The position numbers and the translations under genes are program-made. The notes under the pieces were generated by a model, which saw only the letters and a program-made list of their open reading frames with translations, was not told where the DNA came from and made no database searches. Below are positions 26,501-39,706 of a stretch of DNA of 64,000 nucleotides, in pieces; positions within the stretch are counted from its first letter, which is position 1; each line of letters begins with the position of its first letter. The stretch covers positions 558,001 through 622,000 of the forward strand of contig BDGG01000005.1 in NCBI GenBank assembly GCA_001949185.1. Reading direction: 5' to 3'. Source of the DNA: Ramazzottius varieornatus. Lineage: Eukaryota > Animalia > Tardigrada.

Positions 26501-29500
26501 TGGCGTACCAAATACAGGCCAGCCAGTGGGCGATGAGCAAGAAAGTGGCCAGCAACAACATGAGGACCGCGGCTCCGTATTCCGAATACCTATCCAATTT
26601 CCGCGCAACGCGAACCAACCTCAACAGCCGCGCTGTTTTCAATAGGCCGATCAACGTCGTGGTCTACAAAGTACAAAGAGGCGAACATTTGAGAGGTTCT
26701 TCGATGAATGGGAGAAAGAGGAAGCAAAGCGCTTTCGATTTACTCTACAATTGACTACCGGTTTACAAAGTACACAAGCGCAGATATGGACGCGGCGATA
26801 TGACAGCCTTTCAATCTGGCTCGACACTTATGCTGCCCGTTTTATCTCTTTTTATGGCAAGCCTGCCCTAACGTCCATTTGTACACAATGAGTATACGGA
26901 CAAATTCATCACCCAACAGCTTCTTTTTCGCCCTTTTCTATAGCTCGAAACACGAACCTCATCACTTTGTGATCCGAAGAGGAGTAAATCAAAGGGGATA
27001 GCGGCCACCACGTCAATAAGGAACCATCCTTTGAAGTAGTGCACGGAGATTTTGCCCAGGTCGCTGACAACTTCGTCGTTGGTGTTTACATACGTTGTCC
27101 GAAAGTTGATCAATATGTCCACGATAAACCTGCAACAATAAAACAGAAAAATAATAACACCATGAAAATCCATCAACACCGTTTTCCACTGGTATTTAAC
27201 TTGGTAGATTAGTCAACAACGATGCGCCGCATCTTTGCGACCCTTTTGATGGGCTTCCTGCGCGGTTCGCTGATGCAGTAAGTGCGTCACTCGATCGGAT
27301 ATAAAAGAGAGCGGTGGAATATGTACTTACATAATATCGACTATTAAATCGACGATAGTCATCGGGTCATCGTATCGATTGTTCCCACCAGATTCTCCGC
27401 GAGTTTCGGGATTCTGCAGCACAGACACACAAGTAAATTATTGATCAAACCGTAAAAACTGGCAAAAAAATTGCCATGAAGTCAGTCTCGCTCATGGCAC
27501 TACTGTATCGCCCCACAACTCAGGACAATTCAGCGGGCTTCGTGCCCAGTGTGTAATTTCAGAAACATTTGACAAGTGACGTGATCTAAAGCGTTATCTC
27601 AAGTGGCGCACTCTCTCATTGTGATCAGCTGAAAGTGTGCGCCACTTGGAAAGCGATCCGGTTGAGTTCAGTTGCCCAGTTGTCATTTTTCACGTTGATC
27701 AAATTACGCAAATGTAACATTTGAGGATTGTCTTCTTGGGTGTGTTTGTAATGTGGACTTTGGGAAAGTTACTGGGTGTACCTGATTTAATTTAGCTCGT
27801 CGTTCCTCCTCGTTGAGAAGGAAGGCGGCCACGTACGGCGTGACAATGGCGGTGTAAATGACAAGCAACAGAATAATCCAATCCCAGACGGCTTTAAAAG
27901 GCGAATAGTGTAATATGGTCCATCTGTTCACTTTCGGTGGGTTGAGCACAAAGTCTTTGGTGGTGTCATCTTCCAGCTGGAATACCTAAAACGACAGGAA
28001 AAGCTTGGGATGATGAAAACATATCTTCCCGTTCCCGGAAGGAAAGAAAGAGGGGGAAGGAATTGATCGAGAGCTACATACAAGTCTTCTTTATACTGTT
28101 TATGTATTGCGTGGGAAAGAAGGGTGTCAAAGAGTGGCCTGCAAGAGTTTGCCCAGCACGCACATGGCGTGCTGATGACCTTCGCTATATTAGCTTTATA
28201 TCCCGCCAGAGTCAAGCTTGAGCCTTTAGCTGGCGGGCTGCAAACAGAACCTAGCTCGGCTCTGCATTGCAGCAGCTGGCACATCTTACACTACGGAAGT
28301 CGCAGCTCTCGCTCCGAGAAGCTGGAACAAGTAAGGCGAAAAGGATAATGTAAAGAAAATGACAAACTCAGGAACACACAGAACAATCGCAGCTATAACG
28401 CACGATCGATAAGGCGCACCATGCGGGATATAATAAGGCGGCTGCACACAACAGGAAACTCATTACGGAGACGAATACATAACAGCGCGAAGGAAGACAG
28501 AGGAAAAGAAGCAAGCCGTGAGAAGGAAGCTAGTACGCTGTATTCATGCACTCGGCTCCCTCGAAGATGGTATAACATAATTGTATCACGGACCGAAATG
28601 AATTAACAGTGAGCTGGTGGGGTCGGATACGCTACGTGAGAAAAATAAGCAAGAACTTAGCCAACTTACTGAAGCAATCCCGTGAACTTTATGTGCTATT
28701 CCAGAGTCCGACTTTTTCATGGCACCAACTTCGTGGCGTGTTTCTTCCCTTAATGGGACGGATATTGCTGATTTCCCCTCCAAACCATAAGCTTCCTTCA
28801 GGTCGACCAAGCTGGTCGCAGGAGAGATCCGCGGACTATGCGAAGACGAAGGTTGGATGCGATTAGCGTGAAGACGATCGGTCGAATCTGTCGGACAGAA
28901 ATTAGAATAAGCTACAGTCCCATAAAGGTGAACGGACGCACGCTGGTTTTTGGAAAACGGGATCTACTGGTACTACTTTTTCGAAAGGTCATGTTGTATT
29001 TTTACTAGATTACGAGAGTTCAACCTGCGTTGTTGAACGAACTTCGAACAGACATCGCCACTCAAACGATTCTAGACTATCGATAAACTTACGCAGTGAT
29101 CCGGCGTCTGTGGAGAACATGCGCGGCACATCGTGATGTCGACCTGCAAAACAAAGATTGAAGCATATGGGATCGTAACCACGATTGATGGTCGTAGCTG
29201 TAATGGGGAGATATAATTACAAAGGTGATTTACCCTTGTCGATCTCAATCAATAATTAATGACCGCCCGCAAAACAGATATTCCATCGCGAAAAATCAAG
29301 AGAATCAAGAGGATTTCGAACGTCGGCAATGACTTGCACATGATCGTTTTTCCCAAGTGGCGCAGACTTTTGGCCAAAAACAACGAGAAGGTGCGCCACT
29401 TGGGATAACGATCGTGTTCAGTTCATTTGCCGGCGTCGCAAACATTCTAATCAAAGAGAAACGAGTATATTCAAAAACTATTCCACAGAGCTTGTTTCAC

Positions 29501-32500
29501 GGATGATCCAGGGAAGACTCAATATTGTCGAGCGCGTTGCGGATATAAAACCCAATAGCGGTTCACAAATCTCTCGCTGGAGATAGAAAAAGCGATTGTA
29601 CACTGGAGGGACATCCACTGGCAGCAATGAAGGTCTTCCCAGTTCGTGACCAGCCGATATGGGGGAGCGAATTTATTAAAGAAGATAAGTATCGACATTC
29701 ACGATTTGTACAGTAGTACCCTGAATCCCCGATCAAGTCAATCAAAAGTCGAATAGAATATCGGTTCAAAAGCGCGGTCCCTGCCTCACGGATGACTGGA
29801 GTCTTGTCTCAGTACCACAGGCGACTAGATGAAAGCGAAATGTTGGGGGGCATGTCTGACAAAAAGGACGGTAATCGGATTAACGAAGCGTGAGGGAAAT
29901 TTGTCGGTTGGAGCCACCAGTAAGAAAAGAGCTACAAGGTTAGCCTTATGGCCATACAAGTAACATCTGATGGGGAGGGTGGTCGCTGTATCACTTGCTG
30001 CCATATTCAATTAGCCTCTCAGAAAGAACGGAGGAAAGAACGGGGATCAAACTAGGCGAACTAACTCACCAGGTGGTGGAGCGGTAAGTGGAGGACCCGC
30101 GTTGCCGGTGGCTGAAATGGAATGGCTGCTGATGGAATGGGCAATGACAGGTGACTGGGTATTTTCGCGGGATGAAGCGTAGGCATCATGGCGCGCATGG
30201 GAATCAGAGGGCTCACGCTCGCGCTCGTTGCGATTGTCGGCACGTAAGGAACGGAGGGACGGGGCGGTGGACGTAGCCGAGGCACGCCGCGAACCAGAGG
30301 GAAATTGCTGAGCTGACACGCTCAACATGTTGGGATTGAAGGCAGCTGAAAAGGTGTCGAGAGGAATGGGCTCCCCACCACGTTGGGTGCTGGTTAATGA
30401 GACGGGCAGATCACCCGACGAGGCAATCGAGTAATTACCGCCAAAGTCCGACGGCGACGGCGAACCAGCCTTCGAACGCCGAGAACCCGTACGACGAAAA
30501 CGAGGCAGTTGCAAATTCAACTGAGGCCTCACACCCACTATGAAGAAACGCACGGTATACTTTATGCAGAAAAATACTCAGGAAATATTGAACAGAAAAT
30601 TGGAAAATATCATTAGAAAATTAGAAAATAAGAAACTAGAAAATATTGTTGGTAAAATAAGGGCAAGGTCTTAATTTCGAGGAAAAAACGCTTCGGCCGA
30701 AGAAGGAAGAAAGAAGTGAAAAAAGGAGTGAGGCTGAGATAGATCAATCTCTCTCCCAACACTTAAAGTTAATGCAGACAACGGGAAATGTCAAGCATCT
30801 CTTTATGCCCCGACACTTTGCCAAGGATATGAGGCAATTCTCCGGGCAAAATAAGAGAGCCCAAGTGGGCAATGCTGCCATCGTATCCTTTCCCGTTAAC
30901 GTTCCTTCCCCGACCAACACGTTACTCACAGTAGTACAGCCTCGGCTACTCGCGCACTCACCGTGATTCTGTCTTTCTTCATCATTTTTATCCGTCAAAT
31001 CGTCAAAATTCAATATGTACATAATCACATCAGACTTTTCATTGCGAACCGGAGCCAGGATCACATTGCAGGGAAGTTCCGAGCCTGCAAAATAGATATT
31101 CCGAATGCAACATGACCGACAAAATATTCCCTGACTGACCGACGCACTAGCGGCTCTTGATGCAAGCGCGAGTTCGTCGGCACGGCTTATTACTTCTTAT
31201 TCCCAGCTGCCAACGCACACACAGGCGAAAAGGAAGGATGAATGTGGAAGGAGAAGCAAGCTTAAGCGACACCAGGAGCAAATATCGGCAATAAGATATA
31301 TCAAGACTTGGGTTCTTGCAATGTGTACACTACCCTCCACTGTAAATGGCAAATATAAGCGACGCGGGTCTCCTGGCTCTATACATGTGCACTCGTTTCG
31401 CTTTATGCATACTCTAGTGATTTTTCCTTCCCTCCAGCTCCTTTGCCCTCCCTCCTCATCGAACCAGCCAGAGTCTTCCCCTTACACATGCAACCAAATC
31501 TTGACGATGTGTGGAGGAACGCAGTTTGCTACTGTTGCCTTACAGCACAGCACATCACATCCCATTGGCATCCACAGGCAGCTAGATTAATTTTATCGAT
31601 ATATCTGCCCGTCGGGCTCATTTTAACGAATTGTGCTGTTTGGCTCTTCGTCGAGGAAGGAACGAACGCATCGCTTGCTTGCGTTCTAGACTGTGTACGT
31701 GCGCCTGACAAAGAAGCGATAGCAACCTTCCTTCGCCATGTGTGTACACTCTACTCTTGGAAAGCTTCTTCTTTATCCCTCGACGCTGAATGGATTCCCT
31801 AAACAAACAAGCCAGCCCAACGCAGCACCATTTATATAAATTTCCACCCCAAATCCTTTCCTACTGTGGGCCTCCAACGGCTAAAGCGAACTATGGCCTG
31901 CGCGTCCCTTAATTTCCTGATCGATTAGACGGAATCGCGCGCGCGACATTTACGCAACGCGTGGGACTTCACAACCAGCTTCTTCCTTGGCTATGCACTG
32001 CCCGTCGAAATCGTTAACACCCACCACATGGATTAAATAGTATCATATGCATTCATAATAAAGCCAGGCTGATTGCCCATTACCGACAGGCGATTTCCCC
32101 AATTGTCCCAACAATTACCCAAGATCCTCCTTCCTCGTTCAGCCTCATGACTCGTGAATATTTACCAAGACCGGCAAACCACACTTCCCTATATAGCTTA
32201 GCCTTTTTAACGACTAAAGTTGCCCAGCGCTAATTCTGTTAGTTAACTCAATTAGGAAAGAGTAGAGCCTGGACGATGTAACGAGCTCGTTCTGTAGTAC
32301 AACTCTTCACCAGCAGTAGAGTACCAATTAAAACGGGATGAAGTGGCATAATCGAAGTGAACAAAGGTACACTCTTTACACACATGTGCGAACTTGCGTC
32401 AATACAGCAGTAAAAACAGCTCGACGTTCATATTTCGCGCGCTGTCGGTAAACGTCGATCGACATCCAGTACAATACGGCAGCTTACCGTGAAGGGTCCC

Positions 32501-35500
32501 CCCGTAATATTGATCAGTGAAATGGATGCTCCCAAATCCCAAAGCACCGTTCGTTGTCTGGAGCAAGTAAGCGCTTCAACAGCTGCACATGACCCCCGTT
32601 CGGCCATAAGTGCGCGACTGGCTAGCACGGGAGAAACTTCGTTAAACCATTATCCTCATCCACGTTAACCTTACATTTTACCCGCGCACTACGTGTAAGT
32701 TAGTAACTCTTGATCTGTAAGCCCGTGATACAAGGTCAAGTGCGACGTTCCTCATGTGCTGACTACTTGTCAAAGGCTGGAGAGACGCCCCCAAAAGCCC
32801 TGGGAAAACCAGGTCCGGGTTAGTGAGGCCCAACGCGGACCATTTTCTCCGCACACCTGCCATTTTCGACTCTCGAGATGTCACACCCTGTGGTACAGAA
32901 AGCACAGAGTATCGGTAACGGAAAATCCGAATTTGGATCCTCCATGAAGCAATCAGAGAACCCTGTATGTCGAACACAAGAATTTCCGCCTGATGAAGAA
33001 TATTGGTACTATGGTTCTTGATAATATTTTTGGGCCTCAAAAAGTCCGGACAAACCGTACTCCGTTATACGGTTTTCAAGTCATCATAATAGCCGTCCTA
33101 ACAAAACTAAAGCGTCAGCCTACATACGACATATAGTGTCGTATACGCGGACTGTTACAACCCGCACTTTGTACGTCGTACTAGTTTTTTCGAGGATCTG
33201 GAGACTCGACTGTAGAACACCTTCTTAGACAGTCAATAATGACACGATGATTTGGATGATTGTTTCCGGTAGGCCTTTTCGAATTCTATTTTTATGTTTT
33301 CTCACTGATATATACTGAGGGAACGCTGGCTTAATCGGTCATATTCATCGAAATTGATGGCGCGACTAGGGTCCCCGGTTTGCAGCAGCAGCTACAAGGG
33401 TAATCTGGGATGGAGCATGTTGTGTCATTGTGTTGGTGTCAGATGCAGCGGAGCGCGGCGCCTAATCACTATGGGCCGTAATCCCTGCCATCTTCCTGGG
33501 ATTCGGCAACAAAATCCTTGTGCTTTATCTAGCTGGCTCGCCTTCAATCTGGCCCTAATAACTATAACTGAGAGCCATTATGCTCTCTCAAGCAGAAATC
33601 ATGTAAGCTTGACGGTCCATCACAGGCTGCGATCTGCCACATGTTGTTTGACAGCCAACGCCTCCCAATGCTCCGACATCGCTAGTGCACCGTTAATCAA
33701 GATCGATGACAAGATCAATACGCGTACCATATTCGGCGAGCTAGGCCTCGACGTAAGTTGTCCTTCATCCTTTCCAGCGGGATGATGTAACCCCTACCAA
33801 TCCCAACTCTGTTCTTCGCCGAATGGAAATTACAAAGAGACATGACAAATAAGCCAGTTACCATTCCCGGTCCTCACAAACCTCAGCGTCATCTGCAGAC
33901 TCAGGGACTAAAACGGCGCCGGCAGATGTGTGATCAGAGACTAGATGGCGTTCTCCACCACGGGTCTTGAATCCTCATCTTCATCGATTTCTTATCGCCG
34001 TCAAAACCTACAGGAGTTTGTCCAGAATTATATTGTGTTATTTTCCCGTTGTCCAGATGAAGGCTGGTTAAGCGGTCCAAACACAAGAGTCTATGCGAAA
34101 TAGGCGAAAGATAGCGTAGAACTACAAGTATCTCAAGCATCAAAAATAACCATTTAAGTTTCTCATATCTCGATCTAGCTCGGCCTACATGAAGCCATAG
34201 AACAAGTGCCAGAGCGAGGAGCAAACGGCTTCTATCGCTGCTAGTTGTGCAAAATCGTGCAGAAAATTCCGAGAGCCCTTATCACGGTGGCGCCCCTGCA
34301 GGCGAGACTACCGCAGACCGGAAGTTCGCGAGTACCCGTCCTAAAGCACAGCCGACCTTCTACAGATGTCCGAATCAAGATGCTTCTTGTTTCTCCCTGA
34401 AAAGACCGCACAGTCCTTTAGTCCGAACATCAAGATGGAATCTGCAACATCAAGCCCTTTCTCAATTCCCACCACCGCTTCTCCAGCCCCCCGTTCTTCT
34501 AAACACCCAACGAAAACAATACGAAGTTAAATATTCATTCAAGCTCAACATCTCTTGAAACAGCGCAAGAGAGACGCACAGCGGATCTCTAATCCAGAAC
34601 GCAAATCGCAACGAGTGGACCGACCAGAACGCGATCGAAGTCCTTCAAAGAATCTAGACCGTTAGAGGCCGTGAACCTGTTCCTCGTCAGTTATGAGATC
34701 CGAAGCCACATTCAGAAAGCGAAAATATCAATAGCACCTCTGTATCCATCGCTTCGCTCATAAATCTGATGACCTTCTCCCACGTTTCGGCACAGCCGTC
34801 CGAATGTGGCACGCTGATCCAACTTGGTGTCAGGCAAACAACAGCACCACACTTGTCACGTCAGTTGCATCTCGTGCTTTGTCCCGGAAACTTTGTCCCG
34901 GCCGATAATTAGGCAAACTGCGTGTACGATCGAAGCGAATCCCCAAAGAAACATCAACAAGACCCAGAGTTTATTTTTCGACCACCACGCGTCCCTTTTG
35001 CCTCAGCACGATCAACGCAGCATGCGTGCTCCCTTCGCTCTGCTGAAGATCTCCGTTCTTGATCTTTCTTCGTGACCTACAACTTCTCCGTGGAATATGA
35101 ACAGACAGGACACGCGCTAACTCAGCTCACTAGCAGATGTTCCAGCAGAAATCATTAACCCAGACGTACTTTGTAATCCGAGGACCCTCATTCCTTTCAT
35201 CAAACATTAATATACACGAATAGGGTCTTCGCGTACAATCTGGCTCGTTCAAAAGCACAACACGAAGCGCTTCTACGAATATGACGCCATTGAGCACGTT
35301 GCAGGTAATGAATAATAAAAGTACCATTATATGGATTAGAAGAGAAGTTTCTTCTTTTTTCGCGAAACTGCCTCACAGTTCCACACTACTAGGTCCGTAA
35401 GGCCTTGCACGCATATCTGTGCATATCGATCAGAGTTCTGAAAGAAGCCTGACAGCAATAAAGCGCTTCCTGTAATTACGAACGGGTCGAATCAATCTGA

Positions 35501-36978
35501 GACATCAATGCGTGTACTCCCGATTCCCCATTTACGCCTGTATGAAACATAACTTGAAAAGACGTTTACCAGCTTGTCTGGCGGTCGTTCGCAGTAGGAA
35601 AGTGAACAGGAGGAAGAGCTGAATGGAACAGAGGTAACGGAAGCCACTCTCTTTGCACCTGTACCCTCAGGCCAGCACATTGCTTCTAGTGAAGCACGAG
35701 TTATTCCAGTAGGAGAGTCAGTTCAAGGGACTGAGTATGGATTGATAAATTCAAGGGACCGAGTACGGATTGATAAATGAGGGACGCAGATGCGACATGG
35801 ACGGTTCGCACCAGGTGCAATGAGGAGTAGGGAATGACACGTAGTCAAGCGGATAACAGAGGGAACCGGGAAGCCCTTGGCCTCTGTGTTACCAGGAGCT
35901 TAAACGATCCGCGACAGAAAAGAAAGCCGAAAACTTAATTTGGCCATTATCGTCACGCCGGCCCCAGAGCTAATTCTGGCACCATCCTTGACTAGCCATC
36001 AAATCGATAAGATTCATTCAAGAGTCATCAAAATGGCCTCCCCATCCTTAGTCTCCTCTTGGCTCCGTACAGGAGTGCCCTAAGCACCCCCACGGAAAAT
36101 CAGACACACAAACGTCATCTTGCACAATCGACGCTTTGCCGAACAAGACTTGGCCCTATTAGCGGCGGTACTCTGCTTCACACGATTCGAAAGAAGGAAG
36201 AAGGCTTCATTGGTAGGGACTGTGTATGATTTGTTTGTGTGTTGACAATAGATATGTCTGTTCTGTGTCGGGTCTTGGCTTACCGTCTTTCTTATAGAGC
36301 ACTAGTTCCACTTGTAACTCTTCGGCCATGGCCACTCCGTTTTCAATGTCAATAATCTTGGACATGTCCGTCTTGGGTCCATGGAGAAAGCGGATGCAGC
36401 AGTTATGCTGCATAACCTCGGGCCGCGAGAAGCCAGAGAGCTCATGGAAACGATCGCTGGAATATATAATTCGCGGTAGCGGCAGTGTGTGGTTACAGAT
36501 GAGAAATATCCGATCTGCAGGGACAAGAAAAAAACAGTAATATCGAAATACGTCAACAAGACAGAAACGTCATTTCTGCCATTCGAAAATTAATAATAAA
36601 GGAAAAAACACATTGTTATAAAAACGATATTTATTCTGGTGGAATTTTTGGTTTCTTTTTCGGTATCAAATTTTTCACAAAATCAAAAAACCTCGTCAAA
36701 AAAATCTAAGTGAAAATTTTAAAGTTCCTGGATAACATTTTTATATAAAGCCAGCTGTCAAAAGAAGGATAGAAGTCAAGTTAAATGACGCGTCTTGATG
36801 GGCCATCTAAACAGAGTCAATATAGAGCGATTGGCGACGCAAGGAAGCAGAAGAAACTCGTGTCTGGATGAGACGAAATTGGACAGTTGTTGGTATACTC
36901 ACTCTGGCTCTCGAATTTGCGTATAATGGTTTCAGCGATGGAATTTTGGACGTTGGCGTGACCCTTCCGTACGGGCAT
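23547..36978 (-). CDS. KCNH2: Erg-subfamily (KCNH2/6/7, seizure/unc-103-like) voltage-gated K+ channel with N-terminal EAG/PAS domain; about 18 exons
   Basis: Exon 1 (36978-36903) [28 protein letters not shown] exons at 36514-36284 and 31084-30962. Core motifs: [17 protein letters not shown]4 [28 protein letters not shown], pore [13 protein letters not shown]6 [31 protein letters not shown] ([21 protein letters not shown]), C-terminal coiled coil. Stop at 23547-23549. Confidence 0.93.
25051..25158. mobile_element. Palindromic MITE-like element, copy 5 (Erg intron)
   Basis: ggcaaac..gaaccagatcgttatctcaagtgacgcac..gtgcgccacttgg..gtttgc. Confidence 0.75.
26156..26276. mobile_element. Palindromic MITE-like element, copy 6 (Erg intron)
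   Basis: tgggagttgggcaa..tttttccaagtgacgcac..tgcgccacttggaaaaa..ttccca. Confidence 0.75.
27569..27680. mobile_element. Palindromic MITE-like element, copy 7 (Erg intron)
   Basis: cgttatctcaagtggcgcac..gtgcgccacttggaaagcg..gttgccc. Confidence 0.75.
29321..29435. mobile_element. Palindromic MITE-like element, copy 8 (Erg intron; best-preserved arms)
   Basis: cgtcggcaatgac..gatcgtttttcccaagtggcgca..tgcgccacttgggataacgatc..ttgccggcg. Confidence 0.8.
35722..35777. repeat. Tandem duplication, 2 x 28 bp (in Erg intron 2)
   Basis: ttcaagggactgagtatggattgataaa / ttcaagggaccgagtacggattgataaa, two mismatches. Confidence 0.9.
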
Positions 36979-39706
36979 CCTATACACTCACGGCGGACCT
37001 TGACAGATTGCCCGCAAGGTCCTCAGCTACCTGGTACTAATCAATACTCCAACAGACATTCCTTGTTACAAACAACGTTTCAAGTTGATATTCCTCAGAG
37101 GTACAATGAACCAAGTGATGAGATGTCCAGCGGAAGACACGACACACAAGACGATCCTCCCGACAATAGCCCGGTAAACTTGATTTCCAGCGTAGCATAC
37201 CCGCATACATGCTTGTATGTTCGCCAAACACGTAATAATTCCATCACGGTAAGGAAACCATTTCGAACCGGTCGATAATCGTGTCAAAAAAATCCATAGA
37301 CTAAAGCCAGATGCAGATACGGCAATGCTTGGCTTGCTATATGTATGGTCCCACGTAATGTCTAAACTACCGTGTATCCACGTTGGATCAGGGGATCACG
37401 CATTGGCTGCAGCTTAATGCCCATAAAGGAAGTGAGGGAAGGACAGAATCGGGGAAGAGAAAACTGAGCATCGCAAGGCCTACTGACTACCGTACTGTAC
37501 AGAAGGAGGAAGCCTGGCCATGCGGAAGGAGCCAACATGTAAACGATGACAGAGGTTCAGATGATCACACACGAGGACGATGGAAGGGAAGAGCTACTTA
37601 AGCCTGGCGTACGGTGTACGCGTATTATATAAAAGTGAGCCACCCACGAACCAGTCAACATTGGGTAAAAAGGGGAACCACGTATGAACAAAGACAGACG
37701 CACGGGGAGGTTCACCCAAACTTCCGACTGCTGGCTAAATACACCGCTCTTGTATAAACATGCAGGAGGAATGGATAGATACACACACGGGCAGGCGCTT
37801 GATACTCACCGATCACCAAAACGCAACCGGAAAGGATACGGGCAGTACTTACGTTGTAATAACAGCCCGGCCACGGCATCTGACGTACATCCCTCCAGTT
37901 CAATCTGCGCTTCCTGAGTCGATCTCTATCCTTCCTCGGGAACCATTCGTCACGTAACTGCATCTCGGCTCCACGCTTTGATGTCAGGCCTAAAAGGAAA
38001 CAGATTTGTTAACAATAGCTTACAGTCCTTCATCGCGCTATTTTTTTTACTACACTCCAACAAATCTCTTCTTCCCAGGGCGGTCCAACATCTTGCTGTT
38101 TGCTTCCAGCATGTATTAATAGCCCCATCGATTCGTGACACTTTCGAGCCACTAGCGTACTTACCAAGTCCCCAGAAGGATGGACGTGTCGAGAGTTTCT
38201 TTGAAAATGTCATGCTGGCTTCCACGTAGTAACCAAGATCCCAAACCTCGTACACACATCGGGGAAACCTCTCGACAGACTTTGGCTCCATCTAATCAGG
38301 CACCGTACACTGCAAAAACAGATTGGCATTTCGAATTGAACATCATTCAGATAATAATAATAATTCAATGACTTTGTCCCGCATAATCGATTGCACTGAA
38401 TGTCGGTTGTAGGTCTCTCAGGCTCTGTAAAGTTTTCTTATCCATTCTTTTGAGGGGAAAGTGCGCGGAGGGGAGTGTTATTACTGATCTGGATTTGTGA
38501 GTGTGTACGCTTCGGTTACTATACACCTGCAATATGATAACAGAAAGCGCGGGCTGGGTGGATGATGCGCTATTAAAGTTGTAGGAGATGGCAAAGCCCG
38601 TAATCTATTCTAAGCCGCCGCAACTGGCTAACGTAGGGATTTGTAGCACTTACCTGTAGTGACCCAAAAGTGGAAGATAATGAGTCAGGTGCACAAGTAG
38701 AGAGGAGTGTTCGGGATAAGTACTGGCGTCGTTGGGAGGACGAAGGGTGCGAGTACAGCTGCGCATCGATCGACCATCGGTATGGTCAAGGACCCATTGA
38801 TTCTATTCGGTGCCGCGCTGTAGTTCGACTGGCATCGTTGCGTCTCTCTCACTCTCCGAGCGTTCCGCAGCAAACTTCGAGATGAATTAGATGGAGGAGC
38901 TGGAGAAGACATCCTCTGCTAAACGTGAAAACTGATGTGGATCAGTGGATTTAACAAAATTAATTTTCGGTTTGTTGCTATTTTCTGTTCGGTCGCGACT
39001 CGCGGAGGCGGTCTTTCCAGTGTCGGACCGGCGCAGTGACACAGGATGTCCAGTCGTTTTTCAGCCCGGCCCAAAAGCACGAGCTCTCTTCGGGTCACCC
39101 TTAGCCGGCAGGGATAAGTTTCAAGAAAACATGCAGCTGTTTTGGGTTTCGGCTTTTCGGTAGAACTTCGAACCGTCTTTGATCATGTTGACGTTTGCTC
39201 CATAGCCCTCGCACCGTCTCAGGAAACCGTCGCGGGAGTCGGGACAGACGTGTTGCGTGAGCGACCTGCTGGCAAGACGATGTCCGAGCAGCCCCTACCG
39301 AGGCAGCACATCCCGCGGATGCCCATTGTCCAGTTTCCGGTGGACCCTGCTGGATTTCTCTATGCATGCCCGCAAGCGGACTGTCCATGCTCAACCGTTC
39401 CTTGCCGAAGAACGTGGATAAGGTTGCAGTGTAGAGTTGCAGAAATCATCTTGGCCTTCTGGGCATCCTACCAAGCCGTTCTCTTTGTTAGGACGTTATC
39501 GTGGAGTGTGGTGAGATACAAAGTCAATTTCGTGTTGTTTATCAATTTGACGTAAGATAACCAGGTGCTTTGCTTTCGTAGATAGCAAGTAGATAGTATT
39601 CTAGGGAAACCAGCTGAATTGATGCTCTCTCAACGGAGTCCATCGGTGTTCTGCTCAGTGTTTGTGTGGTAAAGTTAGTTCGTTAGTCTGCGCGCATTTT
39701 CTCAAC

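Noticed and set aside
30560-30725. A-rich AGAAAAT-like repeats
   Set aside because: Low-complexity pyrimidine tract of an Erg intron on the - strand, with no regular unit.
38654-38912. Possible Erg 5' UTR exon (gtaagt donor at 38653 on the - strand) or small ORF
   Set aside because: Plausible, but supported only by a donor motif. Not listed as a feature.
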